Source: a virus
DNA: 46,011 nt
IMG/VR virus record: IMGVR_UViG_3300011494_000001
Location: 1-46,011 of that record
Reading direction: 5' to 3' (one strand)
The notes beneath the pieces are model-generated. The model had not been told where the DNA came from, made no database searches, and saw only the letters and a list, made by a program, of their open reading frames with translations. Numbering within the stretch: the stretch's first letter is position 1; every line of letters begins with the position of its first letter. Of this stretch, positions 24,210 through 32,323 are shown piece by piece. The translations under genes and the position numbers were made by a program.

Positions 24210-24419
24210 ATGGCTGATCAAGAGGTCGCTCTCGATGAGCGCTACCAGCGCGCATTGCATGAGCTAGCAAGGCAGGAAGGCAAGTCTCCAGAAGACCTTG
24301 GCGGCGAGCTGATCAGGGATCAACTGCGGAAGATCACTGAGCCGAAAGGCAATACCGGAAAGGTGCAGCCGTTTCGGAGGAGGGCAGGCCCTGAAAAGGG
24401 ACCGAAAAACGGGCAATAA
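24210..24419 (+). CDS. Ribbon-helix-helix-like small protein with basic tail, 69 aa
   Basis: GAGGAGG SD. EVALDERYQRALHELARQEGKSPEDLGGELIRDQL fits a strand-helix-helix pattern. Confidence 0.5.
   Translation: MADQEVALDERYQRALHELARQEGKSPEDLGGELIRDQLRKITEPKGNTGKVQPFRRRAGPEKGPKNGQ
24389..24400 (+). promoter_or_regulatory. Possible nutR-type boxB-like hairpin (CCCUGAAAAGGG) just upstream of the tR1-like terminator
   Basis: Differs from lambda boxB GCCCUGAAAAAGGGC by a shorter stem and loop. Shares CCUGAAAAG with the PL-leader hairpin. No adjacent boxA found. Confidence 0.3.
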
Positions 24420-24421
24420 AA

Positions 24422-24448
24422 AACCCGGTGGGAAAGACCGGGTTCTTC
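24422..24448 (+). terminator. Rho-independent terminator (tR1 position)
   Basis: AACCCGGT-gggaaag-ACCGGGTT followed by CTTC, preceded by an A-run. Begins 3 nt after the stop codon. Confidence 0.6.
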
Positions 24449-24479
24449 AACAGCAGTTAGTGCAGAGAGGATTTTACAT

Positions 24480-25139
24480 ATGAGAAGTGGATATGTCTAC
24501 GGAGTGCTCTTTTCGGACGGCCTTGTAAAGGTTGGGCGGATGTCGGAGAGGTCAAGTCGCCTATCGAGCTATGGAGTGGCAGCGTCTTTGCGCGGTTCAT
24601 CTGTGTCCAGGACGGTCACGTCTGGATTCGTTGTTGATTCGGTGCGCGAGGAGAACAAGCTAATTCAATGGTGCCGACAGCATGGCAATCAAGCGGCTGG
24701 CAGGGAGTGGTTTGACGGTATCAGTTTCGATCTGCTTGAGGCGTTCATTCTGACTGATGTAAAGCCTTCCTCTGATTCCGAAATAAAGCGCGCAGCCGAT
24801 GAAGCGGCTAAGCACGCTGAGCGAGTTGCTGATGCGCTTTTCCCGTCCGGCCAAGCATCAGGACGTGACGATTCAGCGGAATGGGCGGCTGCTCTGGTGC
24901 ACGCAAAGACGCTTGAGCAAATGTTCGTGAATGAATGCTACGGCGGTGACCTGTTCGTCTGTCTACCCGAGCGCGGCTACAGCCTTTTCTTCCTAAATGC
25001 AGCGATTGCCTTTTCTCAGCTAAGCCCGATGGGCGCTGCCGAGCTCTACGCGTCTGCGCTTGAGGATCCGGAAGGGTGCATTGGCACGGTTGAAAACCTT
25101 GCAGCTGAGGCTGTGGCGGCTATTAGGGAGGCCGCATGA
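24480..25139 (+). CDS. T5orf172 / GIY-YIG-like N-terminal domain protein with unknown C-terminal domain, 219 aa (moron)
   Basis: GYVYGVLFSDGLVKVGRMS...R...EENKLIQWCRQHG...GREWFDG fits the T5orf172 pattern (recollection). Lower GC. Sits between a terminator and the replication genes. Confidence 0.55.
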   Translation: MRSGYVYGVLFSDGLVKVGRMSERSSRLSSYGVAASLRGSSVSRTVTSGFVVDSVREENKLIQWCRQHGNQAAGREWFDGISFDLLEAFILTDVKPSSDSEIKRAADEAAKHAERVADALFPSGQASGRDDSAEWAAALVHAKTLEQMFVNECYGGDLFVCLPERGYSLFFLNAAIAFSQLSPMGAAELYASALEDPEGCIGTVENLAAEAVAAIREAA

Positions 25140-25855
25140 TGGCCAGATCGCGCAATATCAAGCCAGGTTTCTTCCAGAACGAAGACCTGCAGGAACTCGA
25201 CTTCGCCACTCGCCTGTTCTTCATCGGCCTCTGGACCGAAGCCGACAAGGAAGGCCGCCTCGAAGACCGTCCGAAGAAGCTGAAGAACGCACTCTTTCCG
25301 GCTGACGACGTGGACGTCGAGCAGATGCTGGACGGCCTGGCCGCATACGGCTTTATCAGCCGCTATGAGCGCGCCGGCAAGAAGATCATCCAGATCGTCA
25401 AGTGGGCCAAGCACCAGAACCCGCACCGCCGCGAAGCGCCGAGCACTCTGCCTGCAGAGAACGATGAAGTCGTGGAGGAAGGGCAGCAGGCCGAATCAGG
25501 GCCTCAAAAGGCTGACACCGAGGCTGCCTTCGAAACCTTCTGGAAGCTGTACCCACGCAAGACCGCCAAGGACAACGCGCGCAAGGCCTTCGTGAAGATA
25601 AATCCCGATGCTGAGCTGCTGGCTCAGATCCTCGAGTCTCTGGCCAAGCACTGCACCTGCCAGGGCTGGCTGAAGGACGACGGCCAGTTCATCCCGCACG
25701 CCGCCACCTGGCTCAACGGGAAGCGCTGGAACGACGAAGTGAAGCCGGCTGGGAACGTGCACCACTTCCCCGGCGCTTCGCGTCACAGCGGGTTCGAGAA
25801 GCGGGATTACGAAGCGGACCTGATTCCGCGGGAGGATGGCACCAATGGCTTCTAA
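25136..25855 (+). CDS. Replication initiator / replisome organizer (lambda O position), 239 aa
   Basis: N-terminal ...SRNIKPGFFQNEDLQELDFATRLFFIGLWTEADKEGRLEDRP... is typical of phage replication proteins. ATGA coupling. Followed by a DnaC-like loader. Confidence 0.7.
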   Translation: MMARSRNIKPGFFQNEDLQELDFATRLFFIGLWTEADKEGRLEDRPKKLKNALFPADDVDVEQMLDGLAAYGFISRYERAGKKIIQIVKWAKHQNPHRREAPSTLPAENDEVVEEGQQAESGPQKADTEAAFETFWKLYPRKTAKDNARKAFVKINPDAELLAQILESLAKHCTCQGWLKDDGQFIPHAATWLNGKRWNDEVKPAGNVHHFPGASRHSGFEKRDYEADLIPREDGTNGF

Positions 25856-26654
25856 CGCATTGAACCTTACCGTCGCTCCGCTGGAAGCCAAGTTCGGCAT
25901 CGTCTCCAAAGAGCTGGCCGTTTGCGCTGAGCACGGTGAATACGCCGCGATCATCAGCAAGCACCGGGAGGGCCCGAGCGGCTGCCCTGCGTGCGCCGAC
26001 GCCCTGCAGCGCAAACAGGACGAAGAGCGCATCGCTGCGGAGCGGGTAAAGAACGCTGCCGACCGTCTGGCCAACAAGCTCGGCGCCGCGCTGATCCCGG
26101 CCCGATTCCGTGACCGCACGTTTGAGGGCTACATCGCCACCGAGCCGAAGCAGGTCAAGGCGCTGAGTATCTGCCGAGGCTACGCCGAGAACTTCGCCGA
26201 GCACTTCGAGGCGGGCCGCTGCCTTCTGCTGCTGGGCAATGTCGGCACGGGAAAGACGCACCTTGCCACTGCCATCGCCAACCACATCATGCGCACGACG
26301 ACCGCCACGGCCGTCTACCGCACCGTTGGCGGCATCCTGCAGCACATCAAGGGCAGCTACGACCGCGATAGCGAGTACAGCGAGGCTGACGCCTTCGCCG
26401 CGTATACGAAGCCGAGCCTGCTGATCATCGACGAAGTTGGCGCGACCAAGCCGACCGAGTTCGAGCTTGCCACCCTGTTCAACATCATCAACGGCCGGTA
26501 CGAGGAGCGGTTGCCGACCGTCGTGATATCCAACCTGCCAGCCGGCGAACTGTCCGGCGCCCTGGGCGAGCGCTGCGTTGACCGTCTGCGCGAAGGCGGC
26601 GGTATCGCTGTCGGCTTCGACTGGAAGTCTGCGCGCGGGAGAGCCAAGGCATGA
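25845..26654 (+). CDS. DnaC/IstB-like AAA+ helicase loader, ~269 aa
   Basis: Walker A LLLLGNVGTGKTHLA and Walker B LLIIDEVG. GGAGG 9 nt before ATG 25845 (the track start 25836 directly abuts the SD). Confidence 0.85.
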   Translation: MASNALNLTVAPLEAKFGIVSKELAVCAEHGEYAAIISKHREGPSGCPACADALQRKQDEERIAAERVKNAADRLANKLGAALIPARFRDRTFEGYIATEPKQVKALSICRGYAENFAEHFEAGRCLLLLGNVGTGKTHLATAIANHIMRTTTATAVYRTVGGILQHIKGSYDRDSEYSEADAFAAYTKPSLLIIDEVGATKPTEFELATLFNIINGRYEERLPTVVISNLPAGELSGALGERCVDRLREGGGIAVGFDWKSARGRAKA

Positions 26655-26944
26655 GCACCTCTATCGGAACCGGCCGCCTGCACGAGGGCGGCCTTGACTG
26701 CCGGAATCTCTGCGAAATCTGCGGTACCAGCCGCACCACTCGCCGGCACCAAGCCTGCGCGCAGATCCGCAAGGCCATCTACTCCGCGCCAGCCGCTCAG
26801 CGCCTAGAGGTTCAGGCACTCCAGCGCCAGGGCTACCGCCCCCAGGCAATCACCGGGGCAGGCATAGGCCTATCCCGCGGCAATGACCATCGCGTCGTCT
26901 GTGCTGACGGAAGCACCCAGCGCGGCGTAGGAGCGAAACGATGA
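26651..26944 (+). CDS. Hypothetical protein, 97 aa
   Basis: ATGA coupling at both ends; high GC3. Confidence 0.5.
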   Translation: MSTSIGTGRLHEGGLDCRNLCEICGTSRTTRRHQACAQIRKAIYSAPAAQRLEVQALQRQGYRPQAITGAGIGLSRGNDHRVVCADGSTQRGVGAKR

Positions 26945-27207
26945 CCGACTACATGGAAATCACCGAAGCCTTCCACCAGGCCCGCACAGCCCCCGACGTA
27001 ACAGACCGCGCAACCGGGCTAGAGGAGGCAGATCGTATAGGTGGCGTGGCACTGGTACAGGCCAGGCTGCAGGGGCAGGGCGCTGAGTTCTGTGCCGACT
27101 GTGACGAGGAGATTCCGGCCAAGCGTCGCGCTGCAGCTCCGTGGGCAGAGCGCTGCATCTCCTGCCAGGACGACCACGACAAGCGGGAGGCGCGCCGTCA
27201 TGGCTGA
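26941..27207 (+). CDS. DksA/TraR-family C4 zinc-finger protein, 88 aa
   Basis: ...FCADCDEEIPAKRRAAAPWAERCISCQ... (CxxC-17-CxxC). Confidence 0.7.
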   Translation: MTDYMEITEAFHQARTAPDVTDRATGLEEADRIGGVALVQARLQGQGAEFCADCDEEIPAKRRAAAPWAERCISCQDDHDKREARRHG

Positions 27208-27640
27208 CCTCATGCTTCGCTCCGACATGGACCGCCAGCGCCTGATCAGCTTCCTGCAGGGCTTGGACCTTTCCAAGCCTCGCAAGGTGGCCATCACCGA
27301 AGTCCGCAGCAAGCGCTCCGACGCCCAAAACCGTCTGCTCTGGCAGTGGAACGGCCTGATTCAGCAGCACCTGCGCGAGTCGTTCGGGCAGATCGCCAGC
27401 GCTGAGGAATGGCACGAGATCCTGGTCAGCAAGCTATGGCCGTCCGAGGTGCACCCGGTAGAGCTGCCGGACGGCACGCGATACCGCGTAGGCCGCGCCA
27501 AGACTCGAGCCTTCACGATCCAGCAGATGACTACATACCTGGAGCTGCTTGACGCCTACTGCGCCGAGCACCTGGGCCTTCTGCTGCCGCATCCGGAAGA
27601 CCTCATGTACGCCATCTATGGCGAGCGGAGGGCTGCCTGA
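27200..27640 (+). CDS. ninB: NinB/Orf-family recombination mediator, 146 aa
   Basis: ...KPRKVAITEVRSKRSDAQNRLLWQWNGLI... matches the NinB flavour (SxxQNxxxW). ATG 27200 is an internal start of the track ORF. Confidence 0.65.
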   Translation: MADLMLRSDMDRQRLISFLQGLDLSKPRKVAITEVRSKRSDAQNRLLWQWNGLIQQHLRESFGQIASAEEWHEILVSKLWPSEVHPVELPDGTRYRVGRAKTRAFTIQQMTTYLELLDAYCAEHLGLLLPHPEDLMYAIYGERRAA

Positions 27641-27948
27641 TGCTCCGCCAGCGGTCCCAGCCATTCCGCTCTAGCAAGTGGCTCTCAGCGGTACACAAGA
27701 TCGAAAACTGCGTGCTCTGCGGCGCCTATGGCGTCCAGGCCGCACACATCAACGAAGGAAAGGGCATGAGTCAGAAGACAGACGACTGCCTCACAGCAGC
27801 CATCTGCCAGGGCTGCCACCACGAGCTGGACAACGGCAAGAAGTACACCCGCGACGAGCGCCGGGAAATCCTGCGTAAGGCGGTACTGGACACCATCGCG
27901 CAGCTGGCTCGCATGGGGCTGATCGACGCGAAAAGGGGCGCCGCATGA
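27640..27948 (+). CDS. YbcO/Ref-like (DUF1364) HNH-type nuclease-like protein, 102 aa
   Basis: ...CVLCGAYGVQAAHINEGKGMSQKTDDCLTAAICQGCHHELD... Cys/His pattern. TGATG coupling. Confidence 0.5.
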   Translation: MLRQRSQPFRSSKWLSAVHKIENCVLCGAYGVQAAHINEGKGMSQKTDDCLTAAICQGCHHELDNGKKYTRDERREILRKAVLDTIAQLARMGLIDAKRGAA

Positions 27949-28103
27949 AGACCTGCCCCGTAGACGCCACCCACAAGACCACCGGCTACAGCCTAAGGCA
28001 GACCCTGTACTGCCACGACTGCCGCAAGGAACACCCCTGGCCGCTAAAGCCCGGCCAGCTCCCCCTGATCGCAAACAACAGAGCCACAAGGAAGCCGCAA
28101 TGA
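27945..28103 (+). CDS. Small Cys-containing ORF, 52 aa (MKTCPVDATHKTTGYSLRQTLYCHDCRKEHPW...)
   Basis: Hand translation. ATGA coupling at both ends. Below the track's size cutoff. Confidence 0.4.
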   Translation: MKTCPVDATHKTTGYSLRQTLYCHDCRKEHPWPLKPGQLPLIANNRATRKPQ

Positions 28104-28378
28104 CTGACGCTATCAACCCAACCCATTACACCCGCGGCGCGGTTGAGTGCATCGACGCCATCGAAGCGGCGACCGTGGACAAGCGCGGCATCGAAGCGGC
28201 CTGCACCGCGAACATCATCAAGTACCTCTGGCGCTACGAGGCCAAGAACGGCATCGAGGACGTGAAGAAGGCTCGCTGGTACCTGGAGCGCCTGATCGCG
28301 CACCTCGACAAAGCCGAGTTCGGCCAGCAGAACACCATCGACTGCCGCTCGGATGCCGAGAAGGCGGAGCTGGCATGA
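28100..28378 (+). CDS. DUF3310-like protein, 92 aa
   Basis: ...INPTHYTRGAVECIDAIEAA...NIIKYLWRYEAKNGIEDVKKARWYLERLI is the pattern I recall for DUF3310. Confidence 0.6.
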   Translation: MTDAINPTHYTRGAVECIDAIEAATVDKRGIEAACTANIIKYLWRYEAKNGIEDVKKARWYLERLIAHLDKAEFGQQNTIDCRSDAEKAELA

Positions 28379-28660
28379 AGATCTCGCGCATCGATGTGAT
28401 TGCACAGAACGGAAACGATGGGGCGGCGTATGACCAGATCCTCTGCGGCGAAGAGCTGTTTGTCAGCGGAAGGGCTGATTGCAAAGGAGCATGCGGAGCA
28501 GCTTGCTCTCGCAATCGCGGACAAGATGCGGGAGCGCTGCAAGCCCATGGGTCTGCCGAAGTGGCGCCAGTGGGTGTCGGCCGAGCTGTCGAGGATGAGC
28601 CCTTTGCTGCGGTCGATGGTGCGCGCTGCGCTGGAAGCGAAGGCGAGGGGGAGTAGATGA
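28375..28660 (+). CDS. Hypothetical protein with unresolved frame. 5' end reads in frame of ATG 28375 (MKISRIDVIAQNGNDG...). 3' two-thirds code in the next frame (…AEGLIAKEHAEQLALAIADKMRERCKPMGLPKWRQW…)
   Basis: ATGA coupling at ATG 28375. Hand-counted GC3 over 28471-28560 is 24/30 in the second frame versus 12/30 in the first. Both frames stop at the RuvC-like ATG. Confidence 0.35.
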
Positions 28661-29130
28661 TCATCGGAATCGACCCTGGCTGCACCGGCGCCATCGTGGT
28701 GATGACCGAGAGCCGCAACTACGTGGCTCACCTCAACATGCCGACCATCAAGGTAGGCACGAAGAGTCGCGTGAACGGCGCCGCGGTGGCTGCATTCCTG
28801 CGGGAGACGATCGGCGAGTTCACCGCTCACGCCTATCTTGAAGCGGTTGGCGCCATGCCGGGCCAGGGCGTTTCCTCGATGTTCACCTTTGGCCATGCCG
28901 CTGGCGTGGTCGAGGGCATCCTTCAAGGAGCGTGCATCCCTTACACATTGGTCACCCCGCAATCATGGAAGAAAAGAGCGGGCCTCATTGGGGTCGACAA
29001 GGATGCTGCACGCTCCCGCGCAATCCAGCTCTACCCGGACCTCCGCATTCTCGACCTGAAAGGGAAGGGGCAAGCGGTGGCCGACGCCATTTTGATCGCC
29101 CGGTTTGGGGCTAAAGGGGAGGCAGCCTAG
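28657..29130 (+). CDS. RuvC-like Holliday junction resolvase, 157 aa
   Basis: MIIGIDPGCTGA... (first acidic residue), ...AYLEAVGAMPGQG..., ...QAVADAILIARFG (C-terminal Asp). Confidence 0.8.
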   Translation: MIIGIDPGCTGAIVVMTESRNYVAHLNMPTIKVGTKSRVNGAAVAAFLRETIGEFTAHAYLEAVGAMPGQGVSSMFTFGHAAGVVEGILQGACIPYTLVTPQSWKKRAGLIGVDKDAARSRAIQLYPDLRILDLKGKGQAVADAILIARFGAKGEAA

Positions 29131-30266
29131 TGGCCGCACGCAAGCACGACGACGAGACAATCAAGGCCGCGCTGACTGGCCGTACTGTGGCCGAGGCTGC
29201 GCAGATCCTTGGGCTGCACGAGCGCAACGTCTACACCCACAAGGCCAGGCTGGCTCGGCAGGGATGGAGCCCGGAGCACGACATGGTGAAGACGGTGCCG
29301 GATGGCTTCCACCTCAAAGGCACGTCGACGCTCTACGGCAAGGACGGCGAGCAGAAACTGCAGTGGGTCAAGTCAAACATCGATCACGAGCGCCAAGCCG
29401 AACTGATGAAGGAGGCGGTCAAGGCGCTGGCCCTCGACATCAAGCCGGCCAAGGCGCTGCCGGCACCTCTGCACACCCTTGCGCACCTCCTCAACTGCTA
29501 CGTCATCACCGACTACCACCTCGGCATGAATGCCTGGGCGGAGGAGACGGGCGCAGCTTGGGATATGAATATCGCCGAGGACACGCTGGTCGGCTGGTTT
29601 GGTGCCGCCATCGCCCAGGCGCCTGACTCCCATACCGGCGTATTCGCACAGCTCGGGGATCTGTTGCATTGGGATGGTATCCAGGCGGTCACCCCGACAT
29701 CCGGCCACGTTCTCGACGCCGACACTCGGTTCCAGAAGCTGGTCCGCGTGGCAATCAGCGTCATCCGCCGCGTAACGGCCATGCTGCTGCAGAAGCACGA
29801 GCGCGTCGTTCTCCTGATGGCTGAGGGAAACCACGATCTGGCGTCGAGCGCATGGCTGCGCGAGCTGTTCGCCGCCTTGTATGCGGACGAGCCCCGCATC
29901 GAGGTCATCACCCGCCCGGACCCGTACTACTGCATCGAGCACGGCCGCACGTCGCTGTTCTTCCACCACGGCCACAAGAAGCGGATGGACTCCCTCGAGA
30001 CGGTATTCATCGCCAAGTTTCGCGAGGTCTTCGGCCGTACCAAGCACAGCTATGCGCACACCGGCCACCTGCATCACAACGTCCTGCGTGAGACGAACAC
30101 CATGCAGATCGAACAGCACCGCACCCTGGCCGCTCCAGACAGTCACGCGAGCCGCGGCGGGTGGATGAGCGGACGTGACGCCAAGGTCATCACCTACCAC
30201 GCCGAGCACGGCGAAGTGGGGCGAATCATCGTGTCAGCCGACATGCTCAAGGGGGAAGCAGCATGA
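29130..30266 (+). CDS. Metallophosphoesterase (calcineurin-like) with N-terminal HTH region, 378 aa
   Basis: GTG 29130 overlaps TAG, after AAGGGGAGG. HTH-like TVAEAAQILGLHERNVYTHKARL. MPE motifs DYHLG, GDLLHWDG, GNHD, HHGH, GHLHH. Confidence 0.7.
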   Translation: MAARKHDDETIKAALTGRTVAEAAQILGLHERNVYTHKARLARQGWSPEHDMVKTVPDGFHLKGTSTLYGKDGEQKLQWVKSNIDHERQAELMKEAVKALALDIKPAKALPAPLHTLAHLLNCYVITDYHLGMNAWAEETGAAWDMNIAEDTLVGWFGAAIAQAPDSHTGVFAQLGDLLHWDGIQAVTPTSGHVLDADTRFQKLVRVAISVIRRVTAMLLQKHERVVLLMAEGNHDLASSAWLRELFAALYADEPRIEVITRPDPYYCIEHGRTSLFFHHGHKKRMDSLETVFIAKFREVFGRTKHSYAHTGHLHHNVLRETNTMQIEQHRTLAAPDSHASRGGWMSGRDAKVITYHAEHGEVGRIIVSADMLKGEAA

Positions 30267-30808
30267 CCTATCGCAACGTGGTTTCCGCAGTAGTCCGCGC
30301 CCTGGCGTCGGAGGTGATCAACTCGGCGGGCGGCTGTGACTTCGAACCCAAAGTGCAAAAAGCGCGCATTCCTGGTGCCATCTGCGGAAAGGAAGCGGCA
30401 TTCCTGACTGACTGCTGGGTACATGGCCGCCTACATAAGGCGCTGCCGGTAGGCCTGTGGCTGGCTCTCGTGGCCAAGTACAGCACCCATCTGGAGCGCA
30501 AGCATGACGCGATGATGGCGCTTGCCGGGGCTGTGAAGTCTCCGGCGCCCGAGCGGTTCGTTCAGTGTGCCGTCGCCACATGGGCATTCCCGAAGCTGCC
30601 TGGTGCAGAAGGGAAGCGCAGCACGAGCGTATTGCCGGCCGCATGGTATGAGCTTAACCGCTGGGACGAAGATGGTCGCCCGCAAAAGACGCTGGAGCGG
30701 TGGCGTCGGGACATCCGCCGTGACTTGGAGCGGCAGGTGGACCAGGCGCTGGTAGAGGCTCACGAGATACTGGCTGCTGAGGGATTGGTGGCAGGCGAGG
30801 CGGCGTGA
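30263..30808 (+). CDS. Hypothetical protein, 181 aa; positional candidate for the late-gene regulator (lambda Q slot)
   Basis: Last ORF of the nin-like region, 20 nt upstream of a strong promoter. No Q-family motif recognised, so the function is positional inference only. Confidence 0.35.
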   Translation: MTYRNVVSAVVRALASEVINSAGGCDFEPKVQKARIPGAICGKEAAFLTDCWVHGRLHKALPVGLWLALVAKYSTHLERKHDAMMALAGAVKSPAPERFVQCAVATWAFPKLPGAEGKRSTSVLPAAWYELNRWDEDGRPQKTLERWRRDIRRDLERQVDQALVEAHEILAAEGLVAGEAA

Positions 30809-30828
30809 AATAAATTTGCGAAAGGGTG

Positions 30829-30856
30829 TTGCGTTAGTTACCTAACGCTGTATACT
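30829..30856 (+). promoter_or_regulatory. Strong sigma70-type promoter with palindromic operator in the spacer
   Basis: TTGCGT(30829-34)-16 nt-TATACT(30851-56). Perfect inverted repeat GCGTTAG-ttac-CTAACGC at 30831-30848. Confidence 0.65.
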
Positions 30857-30920
30857 AACACCCATGGAAGCGAAACAGCCTCCACTGCATCCCCGGCAGC
30901 TTCCGGGTAGAGATAAAGAC

Positions 30921-31151
30921 ATGAGCGAAGTATTTGCAACAATCAAGGTAGAGTTTGATGGCCGCACTGTAGAGGCTGACATGATTCTCACCGGCGGCGG
31001 CCTGACCAGCGACTGGCAGGCCCGGTCAAAGGAAGACAAAGCCTGGCTGGAGGGCTTGATCGGACTGAGCCGCACCATTAGCCGCGCCATGGATGCCGAA
31101 AACGGCACTGGCGAATACAAGGGCATCACCGTCAACCTGTCGGGGGTCTGA
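30921..31151 (+). CDS. Orphan small protein, 76 aa (alternative leaderless start ATG 30864 gives 95 aa)
   Basis: First ORF after the promoter. ATG 30864 lies 7 nt after the -10 hexamer. No family recognised. Confidence 0.5.
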   Translation: MSEVFATIKVEFDGRTVEADMILTGGGLTSDWQARSKEDKAWLEGLIGLSRTISRAMDAENGTGEYKGITVNLSGV

Positions 31152-31154
31152 AAA

Positions 31155-31700
31155 ATGGCTGCCGATACCCACACTCTGATAATGGCCGCGATGTACGCGG
31201 CCCTTGGCCAGCAAACAAAACTCAGCCGGTCCGGACACAGTATCGTTTTTGTAGAGCCTCAGTGCGGCCGGCATGACCTATCCGATGATGAGGGTCGCGC
31301 AACAGAGCAGGCGCGTAGTGCGGGGCTGAATATCGAGGCCATAACGCCTGAACAGGTCGAGGCATACCAGTCGTGGTACACCGCCATGTATGAGGCGCGC
31401 AGGATTGGCGAGGCGCGGATTCAGATCACTGCCCCGTACGTCATGCAGCACAGGAATGAGTTAGTTCCAGCAAATGGCGTTCGCCTGATCGATGGCTGGG
31501 GTTGCGTGGTTAGTTCGCGCGCTGTGCGTATGGAGATGTATTTAGACCCCGCCAGTAAGAATCGCATTGGCGAGCTAGGAGCGTACTGCCACCGCCCCGA
31601 TTACGCAAAAATTACGGATCGCGTAAAGAAAATTCTTGCGAAACATCCTGAGTTCGAAAGTGCACGCATTCAAGACAATAACCATAGAGGCCGCAAGTGA
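31155..31700 (+). CDS. Orphan protein, 181 aa
   Basis: Lower GC by eye. GGGGG 9 nt before ATG. No motif recognised. Confidence 0.6.
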   Translation: MAADTHTLIMAAMYAALGQQTKLSRSGHSIVFVEPQCGRHDLSDDEGRATEQARSAGLNIEAITPEQVEAYQSWYTAMYEARRIGEARIQITAPYVMQHRNELVPANGVRLIDGWGCVVSSRAVRMEMYLDPASKNRIGELGAYCHRPDYAKITDRVKKILAKHPEFESARIQDNNHRGRK

Positions 31701-32113
31701 ACGAGAAGGAATTCAAGCAGCTGATGCTAGAGGCTAAACGAATCGGCGGCGATTACGGCGCGGGCTTTCAGCGCGGATTGCGTCGTCACTACCACGGCGA
31801 GCAGTTCGGCACTGCGGCCGAGCATGAGACGTGGATGGCCTTGAGCGGACATCGCCAGGAACAAGGCGACGGCTACCGTGACGGGTTCGCTGGATTGAAA
31901 CCGAATGCAAGCTGGTCGCCGAAAACCACGGCTGAGCGTGTAGCTGAGCACGATGCCAGGCTGGTGAGCAATGGGGGGCGCAAGCTCAGCGGGATTCGTC
32001 TCACGCCAGATGCTGCTGCTGCGCTAGCTGATCTGGAGGCGGCCGGAGAGTCTGCCACCGCGGTGATAAACAGGCTGCTCACGGAAAGCCTAGCGTCATG
32101 CAAAGGTAGTTGA
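31697..32113 (+). CDS. Orphan protein, 138 aa, with C-terminal ribbon-helix-helix-like segment
   Basis: GTG 31697 overlaps the upstream TGA (GTGA). Gly/Tyr-rich N-terminal half. C-terminal LSGIRLTPDAAAALADLEAAGESATAVINRLL fits strand-helix-helix. Confidence 0.55.
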   Translation: MNEKEFKQLMLEAKRIGGDYGAGFQRGLRRHYHGEQFGTAAEHETWMALSGHRQEQGDGYRDGFAGLKPNASWSPKTTAERVAEHDARLVSNGGRKLSGIRLTPDAAAALADLEAAGESATAVINRLLTESLASCKGS

Positions 32114-32323
32114 CATGACTGATCCAGTGAGCCATTCTATGCCTATCTTGGTCATTTCACGCGTTGAGATGGCCGAGAGCATGTGAATGCCCGGGCTGAC
32201 GGGCTAAGCGGTACATAAGTCGAGTTGGAAAGCGCGCCAACACGCGGGGTTTCCGGCATAAACCAGACCGGCACCAGTCGACCCATGCAGGAGATCAGCG
32301 CCTGCCACCTGCACCAATTCAAG

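Noticed and set aside
24505-24513. boxA-like TGCTCTTTT in the rightward operon.
   Set aside because: It matches only the first 8 nt of boxA. It lies inside the T5orf172-like coding sequence and downstream of the terminator it would need to precede.
32161-32240. tRNA-like start (gcgttgagATGGCCGAGagc resembles the D-arm of class II tRNAs).
   Set aside because: I could not build an acceptor stem, an anticodon arm or a GTTCRANNC T-loop. No tRNA 3' end follows.
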